Positions 1 through 12,020 of a stretch of 64,000 nucleotides of DNA are shown piece after piece. Numbering within the stretch: position 1 is the first letter of the stretch; every line of letters starts with the position of its first letter. Location: NCBI RefSeq assembly GCF_009914755.1, contig NC_060925.1, one strand, 5' to 3'. The stretch comes from the human T2T-CHM13v2.0 reference genome, Homo sapiens. Below the pieces are notes generated by a model. The model was not told the DNA's origin. It did not search any database and saw only the letters and a list, made by a program, of their open reading frames with translations. Both the position numbers and the translations under genes were made by a program.

Positions 1-99
1 TAGATGCTATGGACAAAATGAAATAATATAATAGTTTAAGAAGACCCAGAACTTTTCTGTCCTTCCGATAAGGGCAAAGGAACTGCACAGACATGAGAC

Positions 100-1935
100 T
101 ACTGAGAAACACCATATAAAGAAAGACAACAGTTGAGAAGCATTTTCTATTTACTTAAGGAAAAAGTGCCACTCAATTATATTTCATCCATAATACCGTC
201 CTTCAAGTAACAAGGTTATAGAAAATTATTTGCTCCACCAGAACTCAAAAAATACCATACAACTGTGCTCTTTCCATGGAATCAAAAACAAGATGGCATT
301 TATCCCAAAAAAGATAGTAGGGAAAACTTATGTTGAACATATATATATATATATAATGGCGGAGATAAGACTAAACAAGGTGGGGTCATGGATTGAAAAT
401 ATATGTAAGCAATGTGTAGTCTGACAGACTAGAATGATATAAATAAAAGTGGTAGAAAGGAGGAGAGTAACAGGGGAAAGGCTAATAAGCTTATTGACTG
501 CTCTTTAGATAACATTTGGGAGTCAAAGGCTTCCTTTTGAAACTGACAGATAGTAAAAGCTTAAGTGAGAAAATTAGATTAAGGTAAAATTAAAAATTAT
601 TACAAAAAATAGAAAACTCATAGAATAAAAATACATACCTTCCCATATAAGTAACAGTTTTAGAAAACAAACAGAACACACCAAATGGTGAAAGAAACAC
701 AGCACATCGTATATGGTACTGAGACCAACATAATAGTCATCAATAAATATGAATGAGCATACATGGTTTTCAAAGAGAAAAATATTTTCAAGTATGCTCA
801 GAAATGAATTAAAAATACATTGATTAAAAAACTAAAATTGTAGGCATGGAGAAATACTTGTCAGAAAAATATAAATAATAAGAAAAGCAAAATTTACCAA
901 TCCTGATACTCGATGTTAGAGATTTCACTATGAAAGTTAGACAAAAGTTAGTTAAGTTAGACACAAACAATACTTTGCAATGATAAAATTGACATTTACA
1001 GTGAAGCTACAACATGTCATTTCTGACCAGACAAGACAAGTGAACAGAAACCAAGAAAGGATATAAATGTTTATTGCAGCACTATTCACAATACCAAAGA
1101 CTTGGAAACAACCCAAATGCCCATCAATGATAGATTGGACAAAGAAAATGTGGTACATATACATCATGGAATACTATGCAGTGATAAAAAAGGATGAGTT
1201 CATGTCCTTTGCAGGGACATGGATGAAGCTAGAAACCATCTTTCTCAGCAAACTAACACAGGAACAGAAAACCAAACACTGCATGTTCTCACTCATAACT
1301 GGGAGCTGAAAAATGAGAACACATGGACACAGGTAGGGGAACAACACACACTGGAGCCTATTGCAGGGTGGAGGGCTAGGGGAGGGATAGCATTAGGAGA
1401 AATACCTAATGTAGATGATGGGTTGATGGGTGCAGCAAACTACTATGGCACACGTATACCTATGTAACAAACCTGCACATTCTGCATATGTATCCCAGAA
1501 CTTAAAGTATAGTAATTTAAAAAAAGATGTAAATAAAACCATGAAGTAAATACTTGGAAATACATCAAATACTATACTATATCATAGGGAACATATCTTC
1601 TTCTAGAAAACATGTAGAATGATTCCCTAAATTGATCATATCATAGAGCAAAAAGTAATAAAAAGTTTCCATAAAATACACATTTACAAACAAAACAATG
1701 CAATGAAACGAGAAATGAAAAAATAAAACCTTTTAATTTTTAACCTTTTAATAATTTAAAAATATTTCATTAACGAATTTTTTTTGGTAAAATAGGAAAC
1801 AAAAACAGTAGTTACAGAGTTTCTAAAAATTAATGATAATAAAAACAAGATATCAAATTTATGGGGTATATTTAAACTAATGCTGAGAGGGAAATTTCTG
1901 CTGCTAAAAGTATGTATCAATAAAAATGACACAAG
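100..1935 (+). mobile_element. Ancient L1M (L1M4/L1MC-like) fragment, ORF1 end to ORF2 endonuclease region, interrupted by an L1PA 3' end
   Basis: Degenerate L1 motifs on both sides of the L1PA insert: 'gtccttcaagtaacaagg', 'agaaaagcaaaatttaccaatcctgatac', 'gaacatatcttcttctagaaaacatgtagaatgattccctaaattgatcatat'. Boundaries approximate. Confidence 0.6.
1067..1526 (+). mobile_element. 5'-truncated L1PA (L1PA7-like) 3' end
   Basis: ORF 1067-1309 is the ORF2 C-terminus (MFIAALFTIPKTWKQPKCPS...). The 3' UTR reads 'ggagggatagcattaggagaaatacctaatgtagatg...cccagaacttaaagtata' followed by an A tail. Confidence 0.95.
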
Positions 1936-2019
1936 CAATTGGTTTTTAAATTTTTCAGCTAATGTATTCCTAGTTTGAAATTTTCATTTTTAAGCATCTT
2001 ATTTTTCTGTTGAGATTCC

Positions 2020-2931
2020 TCATCCCCCTCTTTGGTGCAGTTGTGCTTTTCATGGTTTCAGTCACCTGTGTTCTAGGCACATTCAGAAAATATTAAATGG
2101 GAATTTTCAGAAATAATTCATAACTTCTGAGTAGTGTGATGAAATCTCATGCCTTCTGACTCTGTCCTGCCTGACATGTGAACCGTTCCTTTGTCCAGTG
2201 TATACATGCTGTCTATTCTCCCTGCCCATTAGTCGGTCTGTAACCATCTCCGTTATCAGATCACCTGTCACAATATAGCAGTGCTTTTGCTCAGCTAATC
2301 CTTATTTTACTTAATAATGACTCCAATGCACAAGAGTAGTAATGCTGGCAATTTGACTAAAGATAAGCCATAAAGTACATCCTTTAAGTGAAAAAAAAGT
2401 GAATCAATAAAGAAAATAAATTGTATGCTGAGGTTGCTAAGATCTGTGGTAAAAATGAATCGTCTATTCACAGAATTGTAAAGAAGATAAAATAAATCTG
2501 TGCTAGTTTTGTCAGCACAGCTCAAACTGCAAAAGTTACCCCACAGACATTCACCTCAATTCATCTTATTATTTAGGCATTTTATCAGCTCACATCATCA
2601 CAAGAAGAAGGATGAGTAGAGTACAATAAGATTTTGAGAGAGAAAGTGACCACATTCACATAACTTTTATTAGAGTGTAATGTTATAATTGTTCTATTTT
2701 ATTATTAGTTATTGTTGTTAATCTCTTACTGTGTTTAATTTATAAATTAAACTATATGTAGGTATGTGTGTATAGGAGCTATACACACTATACTATAAAT
2801 TAAACTATATGTAGGTATGTGTGTATAGGTATGTGTGTAAATGTAGTATTTAGGGTTCAGTGCTATTTGTGGTTTCAGGCATCCACTGTGGGTCCTGGAA
2901 TATATACTCCCTGGATAAGGGAGGTCTACTG
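2020..2931 (+). mobile_element. MER44/Tigger7-derived DNA transposon (TcMar-Tigger)
   Basis: 'gaaaatattaaatgggaattttcagaaata', transposase N-terminal remnant 'atgactccaatgcacaagagtagtaatgctggc', right end 'ggataagggaggtctactg' followed by TA. Confidence 0.85.
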
Positions 2932-3066
2932 TAGCTAACTCCAGAATAGAGGACAGTGTAAGCCCATAAAAGACCCAGAGAGACCAAAACTAGAAATATA
3001 CATGAGCGGCACAGATAACTACCATATAAATGAGGAGGCACAATGGGGACAACATTCTGGAGACTA

Positions 3067-3427
<361 letters not shown>

Positions 3428-3719
3428 TTAAACATTTGATTTAATAATAATTTATAATCAATATTGTACATTTAATCTCTAAATGATAGCAAATTAACAC
3501 CAAACCATTTCATTTGGCTTAATTTGGTTTCATTACTTCAAGGAAACTCAAATATGTATATTATATCCATATTTAAATTATAATTAAATAATATTAAAGT
3601 TTTTGTGTTTTGCTTTTTCAAACACAGATAAGTGGACAGGTAATCAAAGCCCAAATATAGGTGCATACTTAATATGTCATATAAAGAATAAATGCCAATG
3701 AATCTGGACTAGGATGAGC

Positions 3720-4335
3720 AAAGAAAAGCAAGGTAGAAATTGATTCCAGGGATCTAATAAGGGACAAGGATATGAAATATGTTATAGGCCATTATAAAGA
3801 CCTCAGGATTTTCTGTGGGTGAAATGGAGGCCACTACAAGATTTTAAATAGAGGTGTAACATTCTTCTTTGACTTTTAAAAAGATTCATTCTAGCTACAT
3901 TGTAGATAAAAACTTTAGGAGTGATATGGTTTGGCTGTGTCCCCACACAAACCCCACATGTCATGGGAGGGACTCAGTGGGAGGCAATTAAATCATGGGG
4001 GCAGGTCTTTTCCATGCTGTTCTCATGATAGTGAATAAGTCTCAGGAGATCTGATGGTTTTATAAAGAAGACTTCGCCTGCACACATCCTCTTGCCTGCT
4101 GCCATGTAAAATGTCCCTTTCGCTTCCTTCATCTTCTACCATGATTGTGAGGGCTCCCTAGCCATGTGGAACTGTGAGTCCATTAAACCTCTTTCCTTTA
4201 TAAATTACCCAGTCTCGGGTATGTCTGTATTAGTGGCATGAGAGCAGACTCATACAAGGAGTAACACTATAACTAGTGTGAACAATTAGGATCTTATTGT
4301 AATAGTCTAGGTCAGATAATATGGTGGTTTGGTCC
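3720..4335 (-). mobile_element. L2 fragment interrupted by a THE1 LTR
   Basis: 'ttttaaaaagattcattctagctacattgtagataaa' and 'ttattgtaatagtctaggtcagataatatggtggtttgg' resemble antisense L2 on either side of the LTR. Confidence 0.65.
3922..4256 (+). mobile_element. THE1B/C solo LTR (ERVL-MaLR)
   Basis: Starts tgatatggtttggctgtgtcccc and ends cagactcataca. Perfect 5-bp TSD aggag at 3917-3921 and 4257-4261. Confidence 0.95.
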
Positions 4336-4344
4336 ATAAGAATT

Positions 4345-4472
4345 ATGGGGATGCTGTCGAACTGCAGCTTCTGTTTTAGATGGTCTGGAGAAGGGTCTGA
4401 AATTCCATATTTCCAATGAGCTTTCAGGGAAAGTAAATGCTACTGGTCCATGGAACACTTTGAATAGCAAAG
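4345..4472 (+). mobile_element. MER5-family (hAT-Charlie) fragment
   Basis: 'ggtctggagaagggtctgaaattccatatttccaatgagc...gctactggtccatggaacactttgaatagcaa'. Confidence 0.65.
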
Positions 4473-4938
4473 ATATAAGCAACGAGTGATTGGATAGCAT
4501 GTTACTTGTAAGTGAACATATTCTACTATAGGACTATTTTAGAAATTTTTTCATTAAAAATGTTTGTATTACACTGCATTCAATAAACATAATCTACATA
4601 TCATTTCCTTGGATTTTCTTAAAATTTATTTGATGTCCCCGTACATGATATGATCAGGTATAATAAATATTCCATGTATATTAAAGAAAAAAATGTGTAT
4701 GCTCTTATATGTGTGGTAATTTTGTTTCATCCTTTTGTTTACAACTTTCCAGTGCTTTGGTTTTAAGTATTGCTTTTATATAAGATATTACTGGCTGGAC
4801 TTTTTTAAAAAAAATTATTCTTAATTGTAATTTTGTTTGGATTTGTAATTTATCTTACCCATACTCATTAAAATTATTAATGTATCAGAAGGTATCCTGC
4901 AATATTATTTCATATATACATATAATATACAACTTTTC

Positions 4939-5220
4939 CTTTTTTTTTTTTTGAATCAGGGTCTCACTTTGTTGCCCAGGCTGGAGTGCAGTGGCATGAT
5001 CTTGGCTCACTGCAACATCTGCCACCCAGGTTCAAGTGATTGTCAAGCCTCAGCCACCCAAGTAGGTGGGTGGGACTATAGGAACATGTCACCACGCCCG
5101 ACTAATTTTTGTAGGTTTTGTAGAGACAAGGTTTCTATGTGTTGCCCAAACTCGTCTCCAACTCCTGAGCTCAAGCTTCCCAAAGTGTTGGGATTACAGG
5201 TGTGAGCCACTGCACCAGCC
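4939..5220 (-). mobile_element. AluJ
   Basis: Antisense Alu with J-type features (agggtctcact, ctcctgagctcaag). TSD acaacttt at 4929-4936 and 5222-5229. Confidence 0.93.
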
Positions 5221-6392
5221 CACAACTTTACATTTTTTTCTTCGCTTACATGGTTACTTTCTTTAGATATATTCATTTCTCTTCTGCTTGTTTGAAAGTG
5301 TGCCATTTCATTTTTATTCTTAGCAGTTACACTACCTTTTTAAAACCTAAATGTAAAATATTTTTCTAATGACATCTAATGTTACCAACCAAGAAAACGA
5401 CCATGCATGTTATCATGTTAAACTATCATTCAATTATACTGTCTCATAGCTTTTCACTTCTCAGGAAACTCTCACATCCTATGAGCTCATTCTATAGTAC
5501 TAGATTTTATGTTGATATTTTATTTTTAATGTTTGCTAATTTAGGCAAATATAAAGTTTAATAATCTATTTTTATGAACTATTTCAAGCTTTCAATATAT
5601 TATAAAGAGTAATATAATAAAAATGATAAACCAACTATAAACACTTTCAAATATTAAATTGTGTCATTTTATAAATATTTTTAGAGTTGTAAAGCATTTT
5701 ATACATACAGTTAAAAAGTGTTATATACCTTTCTCCAATTGTATTACTTTCCCCCATGCAAGAAGGAAGAAACTGAAGAATTGGATGCTTAACATTTTCA
5801 CAGATGTCTTCCAAATCGTGTTCTGTGTTTACATATCTAAAATACCACATGATAGAATTCAGCATTTTAGGATTTTGTGCTTCTCCATCCACAGCCTTGT
5901 TTTGTTTTTTGTTTTTTGTTTTTTTCACTCAGCGCTATAATTTTGAGATTTAAGTATATTGGCACAGTATAATAGTGCTGCTAAGTGTTACCTTATAAAA
6001 TTTAAATTTAGTAAATTAATTTTATTTTTATGTTATTTTTCTCACATTTTCAGTTCTAGTTTTTATGTCTTTAAACATCATTAAAGCCTTTTTTCTGCTA
6101 TTTCAATTATCACAATTTCTTAAAATTTAATCCTGCTTTTTGTGTGATTCTCACAGTGGGACATTTAACGTATTTTGTTATTGTGGAAATGTAAGCACAT
6201 TGTCAGTAGGATTTTTATTAAAAAAACGTTTGAATCAGTGTTCTAGAACAGGCAAACTAATTGTATGATGAAAGAAATAAGGACATTGATTCCTAGGTGA
6301 TGAGTGATAGGTGTTGAAATTGAGAATATTCACAAGAAACCTCCTGTCAAGAGGGAGAGGATCTATATCTTGAATGGATGTGAATTACATAC

Positions 6393-8132
6393 TGCAAAAT
6401 TTTCCCAAGTTCAGATAACAGAAAGAATTAGCAGACTCCACAGAATATACTTTCCTAAGTGTTTTATTTAAAAGCAAGGGATACAGTGAAGCAAGAGAAA
6501 GAGAATGGAGGAAATATCGGTCTCTTAGAGACATATCATGCACAAGCTCCCCAGCGTCCTTACTCCCACAGTGGCTATTTTATGTCTCTGAATTAAACCA
6601 CCAAGATTTCTGTAGAAATATTGTATCCAAAAGAGTTCAAAGCAGTACATCCCAATGCAGTTAGCCATATACAGAACAATAAAACTAGACCCCTACCTTT
6701 CACCATCAACAAAAATTAACTTAAGGTGGGCTAACGATTTAAGTGTAAGATCTCAAAATTGTTCAATTCTAGAAGAAAATCTAAAAATACCATTCTGAAA
6801 ATTAGCTAAGAATTCATGAAAAAGTCTTCAGAAGCAGTTGCAACAAAACCCAAAATTGACAAGTAGCATCAAATTAAAGAGCTTCTGCAAAGCAAAAGAA
6901 GCTATCAACAGAGAAAACAGAAAACCTACAGAATGAGAGAAAATATTTGCAAATTATGCATCTGACAAAGGTTTCATATTCAGAATCTATAAAGAACTTT
7001 AAAAATCCAACAAGCAAATAAATAACCCCATCAAAAAGTGGGCAAAGGACATGAATAGACAGTTTTTGAGACATAAAATCGGCCAACAAACATGAAAAAT
7101 GTCCAACATCACTAAGAATCAGAGAAATGCATATCAAAACTGAAATGATACTACCTCACATCAGTAAGAATGACTATTATTAAAAGGTCAAAAAATAACA
7201 GATACTGGTGAGGCTTCAGAGAAAAAGGAACACTTATACACTGTTGGTGGAATTGTAAATTGGTTCAGCCACTGTGTAAAGTAGTCTGGGGATTTCTTAA
7301 AGAACTTAAAACAGAATTACCATTCAACATAGCAATTCCTATTACTGAGTATACACCCAAAAGAAAATAAATCATTTTATTAAAAAGATACAAGCATTTC
7401 TATGTTCATCACAACACTATTCATAATAGCAAAGACATGGCATCAACCCTGGTGCCATCAATGGTGGACTGGATGAAGAAAATGGGGTACATATATGCCA
7501 TACAAAACTATCAGTCCATAAGAAGGAACAAAATCATGTCCTTTGCAGCAAAATGGATGCAGCTGGAGGCCATTATTCGAAGCACAGTAATGCAGGTAAA
7601 GAAAACCTAATACCACATATTTTCACTTATAAGTAGGATCTAAACATTGCGTACTCATCAACATAAAGATGGCAACAGTAGACACTGGTGATTACTAGAG
7701 GAGGAAAGTAAAAGAGGAGAAATGACTGAAAAACTATCTATTGGGTTCTATACTCATTACTTGGGCAATGCGATCATTTGTAACCCAAAACTCAGCATCG
7801 CACAATATATCCATGTGACAAACCTACATAGGTACCCCCTGAATCTAAAATAAAAGTGGAAATTATTTGTAATAAAAGAATATCCTAATGTAATTCTTGT
7901 ATTCCTTTAACTATATAATCATATCAGACAAGCTTAGCTATTTGTTCTAGTTGTATATCATTCATAAAGAAAATGGCCTTGGAAGGTCAATAGAAGTATT
8001 TTGGACTGTAGACAGCACTATAAATTCTACTGCTCTTATCTTGACCAGTAATTAAAAACCAAACATCTGGCCATCTCTGGAGCTAATGATAGAACTTTTC
8101 CAATACAACTTTAATTTAATTCCATCTTGCAC
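6393..8132 (-). mobile_element. Probable old ERVL-type LTR (MER21/MER77-like, tentative), itself interrupted by L1PA
   Basis: TG...CA-bounded segment separating the two L1ME pieces. 'cccaagttcagataa...gactccacagaa...gttttattaaaagcaagggatacag' resembles antisense MER21-group LTRs. Confidence 0.35.
6662..7878 (+). mobile_element. 5'-truncated old primate L1 (L1PA15/16 or L1PB-like)
   Basis: ORF2 3' region plus a 3' UTR ending 'ctcagcatcgcacaatatatccatgtgacaaacc...gaatctaaaataaaag'. Degenerate TSD atcccaatgcagtt / atcctaatgtaatt. Confidence 0.92.
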
Positions 8133-8514
8133 ACATGGATTGTGCAGATTTTTCAAAAAATAGTGAATAATGCAAATAAGTTCTATATATTTTACTGTAT
8201 GTAAATTTTACTCAATTAAAATATACCAAAAAAGCCTTTATATATTAACAGCTCTGTGAGACAAGAGAAGAAATCCATCTAAAAATGTTGGAAGGTTCAA
8301 ATTCAGATACTCCACGAAAAGAAATTAGTAAAGGGATGTGCTTATTAATATAATAGAGGAGAAAATGCCTAACCGGTTTCACACAGAGATAAAAAATGAG
8401 ATTTATGAGCTTTGAAGTTGAATGAAAAAAATATTCTTCTATAAGAATTCTTCATCAAGAAACTGCCTTCAAATTAGCTTGGCATTTGGTTACATTCTTC
8501 TTGAATATTTCAAT

Positions 8515-9450
8515 TCTACCAAATATTTAAAGGGGAATTAATGCAAATCTTTTCAAGCTCTTCCAAAAAATTGAAAAGTTGGAAATATTTCCCAGATCAT
8601 GTTTTGAGTCTTGCATTTCCCTGATAACAAAGTCACAGACACAAGAAAATAAAATTACATGCCAATATCCCTGATGAACATAGATTAAAAAATTCTCAAC
8701 AAAATACTAATAAGCCAAATTCAACAGCATATTAAGGGGATTGTACACGGTGACCAAGTTGAATTTATCTCTGGTATGCAAGAGTGGTTCAATGCATGCA
8801 AATAAATTGATATGAAACATTACATGAAGGATAAAAATCCTTCATGATCATCTGAATAGATGCAGAAAAATCATTCAACATAATTCAACATTCTTTCTTA
8901 ATAATAACTCCCAAGAAAATAGGTATATAGAATGAATTTACCTCAATATAATACAATCTGCATATGACAATCCCACAGTTAATATCATACTCAATGGTGA
9001 AAAACTGAAATGTTTTTCTCTAAGATCAAGAACAAGACAAGGATGTGCATTCTTGCTACTTCTATTCATTGTAGTACTAGAAATCTTAACCAGAGGAATT
9101 AGGCAAGAAAAATAAAAAGCATCCAGATGAAAAGAAAGAACAAAATTATACTTTTGCAGATGATCCTCTTATATGTAGAAATTTCTAAAGACTTCACCAA
9201 ACCTCTGTTAGAATTTTAAAAAATTGGTAAAGTTGGGAGATATAAAATCAAAACACAAAAATAAATTTTATTTGTATATACTAATAGTGAACTATTTGAA
9301 AAATAAGAAAATTTCCATTTAAAATAGTATTAAAAAGAATAAAATACTGAAGAATAAACTTAAAGAGGTGAAAGACTAGCACATTGAAGATTACAATTAT
9401 TGATGGAGGGAATTAAGGGAGACACAAAGAAATGGAATGACATACCCCCC
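8515..9450 (+). mobile_element. L1M ORF2 reverse-transcriptase region fragment
   Basis: 'gaatagatgcagaaaaatcatt', 'aagacaaggatgtgcattcttg' (GTRQGCPLS region), 'tttgcagatga' (FADD region). Many stops and frameshifts. Confidence 0.9.
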
Positions 9451-9474
9451 ATTTCTAAGACTGTCTGAATCTCT

Positions 9475-10545
9475 CAGAATATTAGTCTGTAATTTTCTTC
9501 TATAATTCAGAAGGCTGTATTTTGATTTCAGGAATATTTTGTCCCCATAAAATGAGTTGGAAAGCATTCCAATGTTACACTCTTTCATAATTTCTGATAA
9601 TTAGTGAAATATTGGTAATAGTTCTTCCTTCAGTTTTTTTTTAATAATTCATCAGTGAAGGCATTTGGGAATGGGTCTTTCTTTGTAAGAAGTATATTTG
9701 TGTTGTTTTTAAAAAACATAAATTATTTTTAATGGATATAGAACTAACCAGATTTCTTCTTTGTAGGTTGATTAAATTGTTTTCTTTTTTCTCAAACGGT
9801 TCATCTGTCATTGCATTTGTCAATTTAATTAGCATAAATTTATTTATTTTATTCTTGCATTATCCATTTAGTGTCTATAGGATTGCAATTGAGGTTTCCT
9901 TTTACATCCCTGTTATTGATAATTTGTGTCTTCTGTTCTTGTTATTGTTTTTCTGTTTTGTTTTTCCTCTTTATCAGACTATTTAGGGGTCTATTAAATG
10001 TATTAATCCTTTCAAAGAATCAACGTTTGTATTTGATGAAGAAGAAATAGAAGAAAATGTTGAAGATTAAACATTTAATTTCTCTATTGTCTATTTCATC
10101 TATATTATCTTATTGTTCTACATATAACTCAAACTCTTTTTTGCCTTTTTTTCTGCATATAGTTTCTGCTTCTAGTTGTTTAAGTTCACTAATATTTCCT
10201 TTCTAGTATCTAAGCTACTATTAGTTTCATACAATTAACCATTCATTTTAGAGATTAATTTCAACCATGTATTTTTATGAAAACACCAAATTTTTATATT
10301 GAGTCTTGATAATTGTTAACACGTTTTCTCGCATTACTTTTCTCCTTAAAGATTTCTTAGCTAGTTTAGACCTGAAATTACATATCAATTATAAAACCAA
10401 ATTGCTAATATTTCTAAAAAGCATTAAAAATTTATTTGAATTGAATCTGTAATGCAATTTGAAAAGACTTGACAGAAATTACAACATTCTCTTCCAATCA
10501 ATGTACATGGCGTTTACCTCTATTTATCCAGGTTTTTTTTAATAA
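9475..10545 (-). mobile_element. L1M ORF2 fragments (antisense)
   Basis: 'cataaaatgagttggaaagcattcc', 'aattcatcagtgaaggcatttggg', 'cttccaatcaatgtacatgg' are antisense L1 ORF2 motifs. Confidence 0.7.
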
Positions 10546-10699
10546 TTACCTTTTTCCTCTCTGTTAGAATAGTAGTCACACATATAATTTTATAAATTTC
10601 TAACATTAATTGATATGTTTACCCTGATTCAAGGATATGAGCAGACTAACTCCCTTTATCATTTTCCAGGCCTATAAGCTTCTATTTTCTTTTCACATT

Positions 10700-10847
10700 A
10701 TATAAGATATTAATATTGCTATTTTGTGCAATAAATGCTTATTTAGATTTGTGAAAGTTCTTGCTATTTTATTTATTCTTTATTTCTTTTTGTATCTCCA
10801 ATTTTCTTTTGGGATACATACACATACACACACATACACATATGCAA

Positions 10848-10879
<32 letters not shown>

Positions 10880-12020
10880 TTTTTTTTTTTACTTAGCTAA
10901 CACTCTTCAGTATTTCCTTTAATGACTGATGGTAATTTATTGTTTTCATATGTAATTTTTGTCTTTAAAATTATATATAGTTTTAATTTTAGAATATCAT
11001 GTTATTTGGTATAAATTTACAGGTGGACTTATTTTGCCAACCTGACTTTTAAATAATATTTTAAGTTATTCTATATTCTACCAACATTATCTACATTAAC
11101 ATTGGTAATGTAGATTATTCAGTTTTATTTATTGATCTTCCTTTGAAATATTCATTTTATTCTGACTTAAAGATTTTTTCTGTCTTTCAGCAATTTTACT
11201 ACGTATGGATTTCTTTTATTTTTCCTGCTTGGATTTCATATAACACTTTCACTCTGGTTTGATATCTTTTTTAAAAAGTACACACTTTTATTTATATATT
11301 CTAATATGGCTTTTCACTTTTCTCATTCTACATCTTCAAGTAAATATATATCTAAGACAAATATATCTTTAAATGTCTCTTAAGAATTTTTCCTTCTCTA
11401 TTTCTTTGGTTCATTCTAGGCACTTATTTTTCATGACCATCTTTCTGTAAAGCTGTTATTTCTTCAGCTTTGGTGGGCACTGTTATTGCAATATTCTTTC
11501 CACAAATAATTTAAGACCTAAAACTATTATATTTTTTCAGATAAAGTTTATGTTTACTTTCACCAGAGGATACGAACACTCAACTCAATCCAACTTCAGG
11601 AAATGGGACTTATCAAAAGAGACCTACTTCCTAATTCTCTCTTTTACCTACAAAAGAGCACTTTTAGATCTCAACACATAGCAATATGGTTACCTAAGTA
11701 TCATCACTCCTTAATGATTCTTGGGCTCTTTTTCCTTTCTTCCTAGTCCCAAGAGCCTGAAGAGTGCCTCTAAGTCTTTCTCTAAGTGATCTTTCCAGGA
11801 TTGGAAAATGTTCTTAGAAAAATGTAATCCATTTACTTGTGCCTATGACTTCTGTTGGATTCTGGACCAATAATTTTCACTGTATTATAATCTCTCTAGC
11901 ACTTCCAAATTGTTATCCACAACTGTTGATTTTTAGATGTGTGGTCCAGTTTTATCTAGTTTTTCTCTGGGAGAGATTAGTTTTGGAATATCTATTCTGC
12001 TATTTCCAAAAGTGAGTGTC
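10700..12020 (-). mobile_element. Ancient L1ME/HAL1-type ORF1 and 5' region (antisense)
   Basis: T-rich, with 'ttcagtatttccttt', 'ttcagcaattttactacgtatggatttc' and terminal 'tctgctatttccaaaagtg'. Highly diverged. Confidence 0.45.
10815..10890. repeat. Compound microsatellite (CA)n-(TA)n-(T)n
   Basis: Directly visible. Confidence 0.95.

Larger units (their letters stand above)
6235..8225 (+). mobile_element. L1ME/L1MD 3' end (pieces at ~6235-6392 and ~8130-8225) split by later insertions
   Basis: 'ttctagaacaggcaaactaattgtatgatgaaagaaata...atctatatcttga', resuming as 'ttttactgtatgtaaattttactcaattaaa'. Confidence 0.55.
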
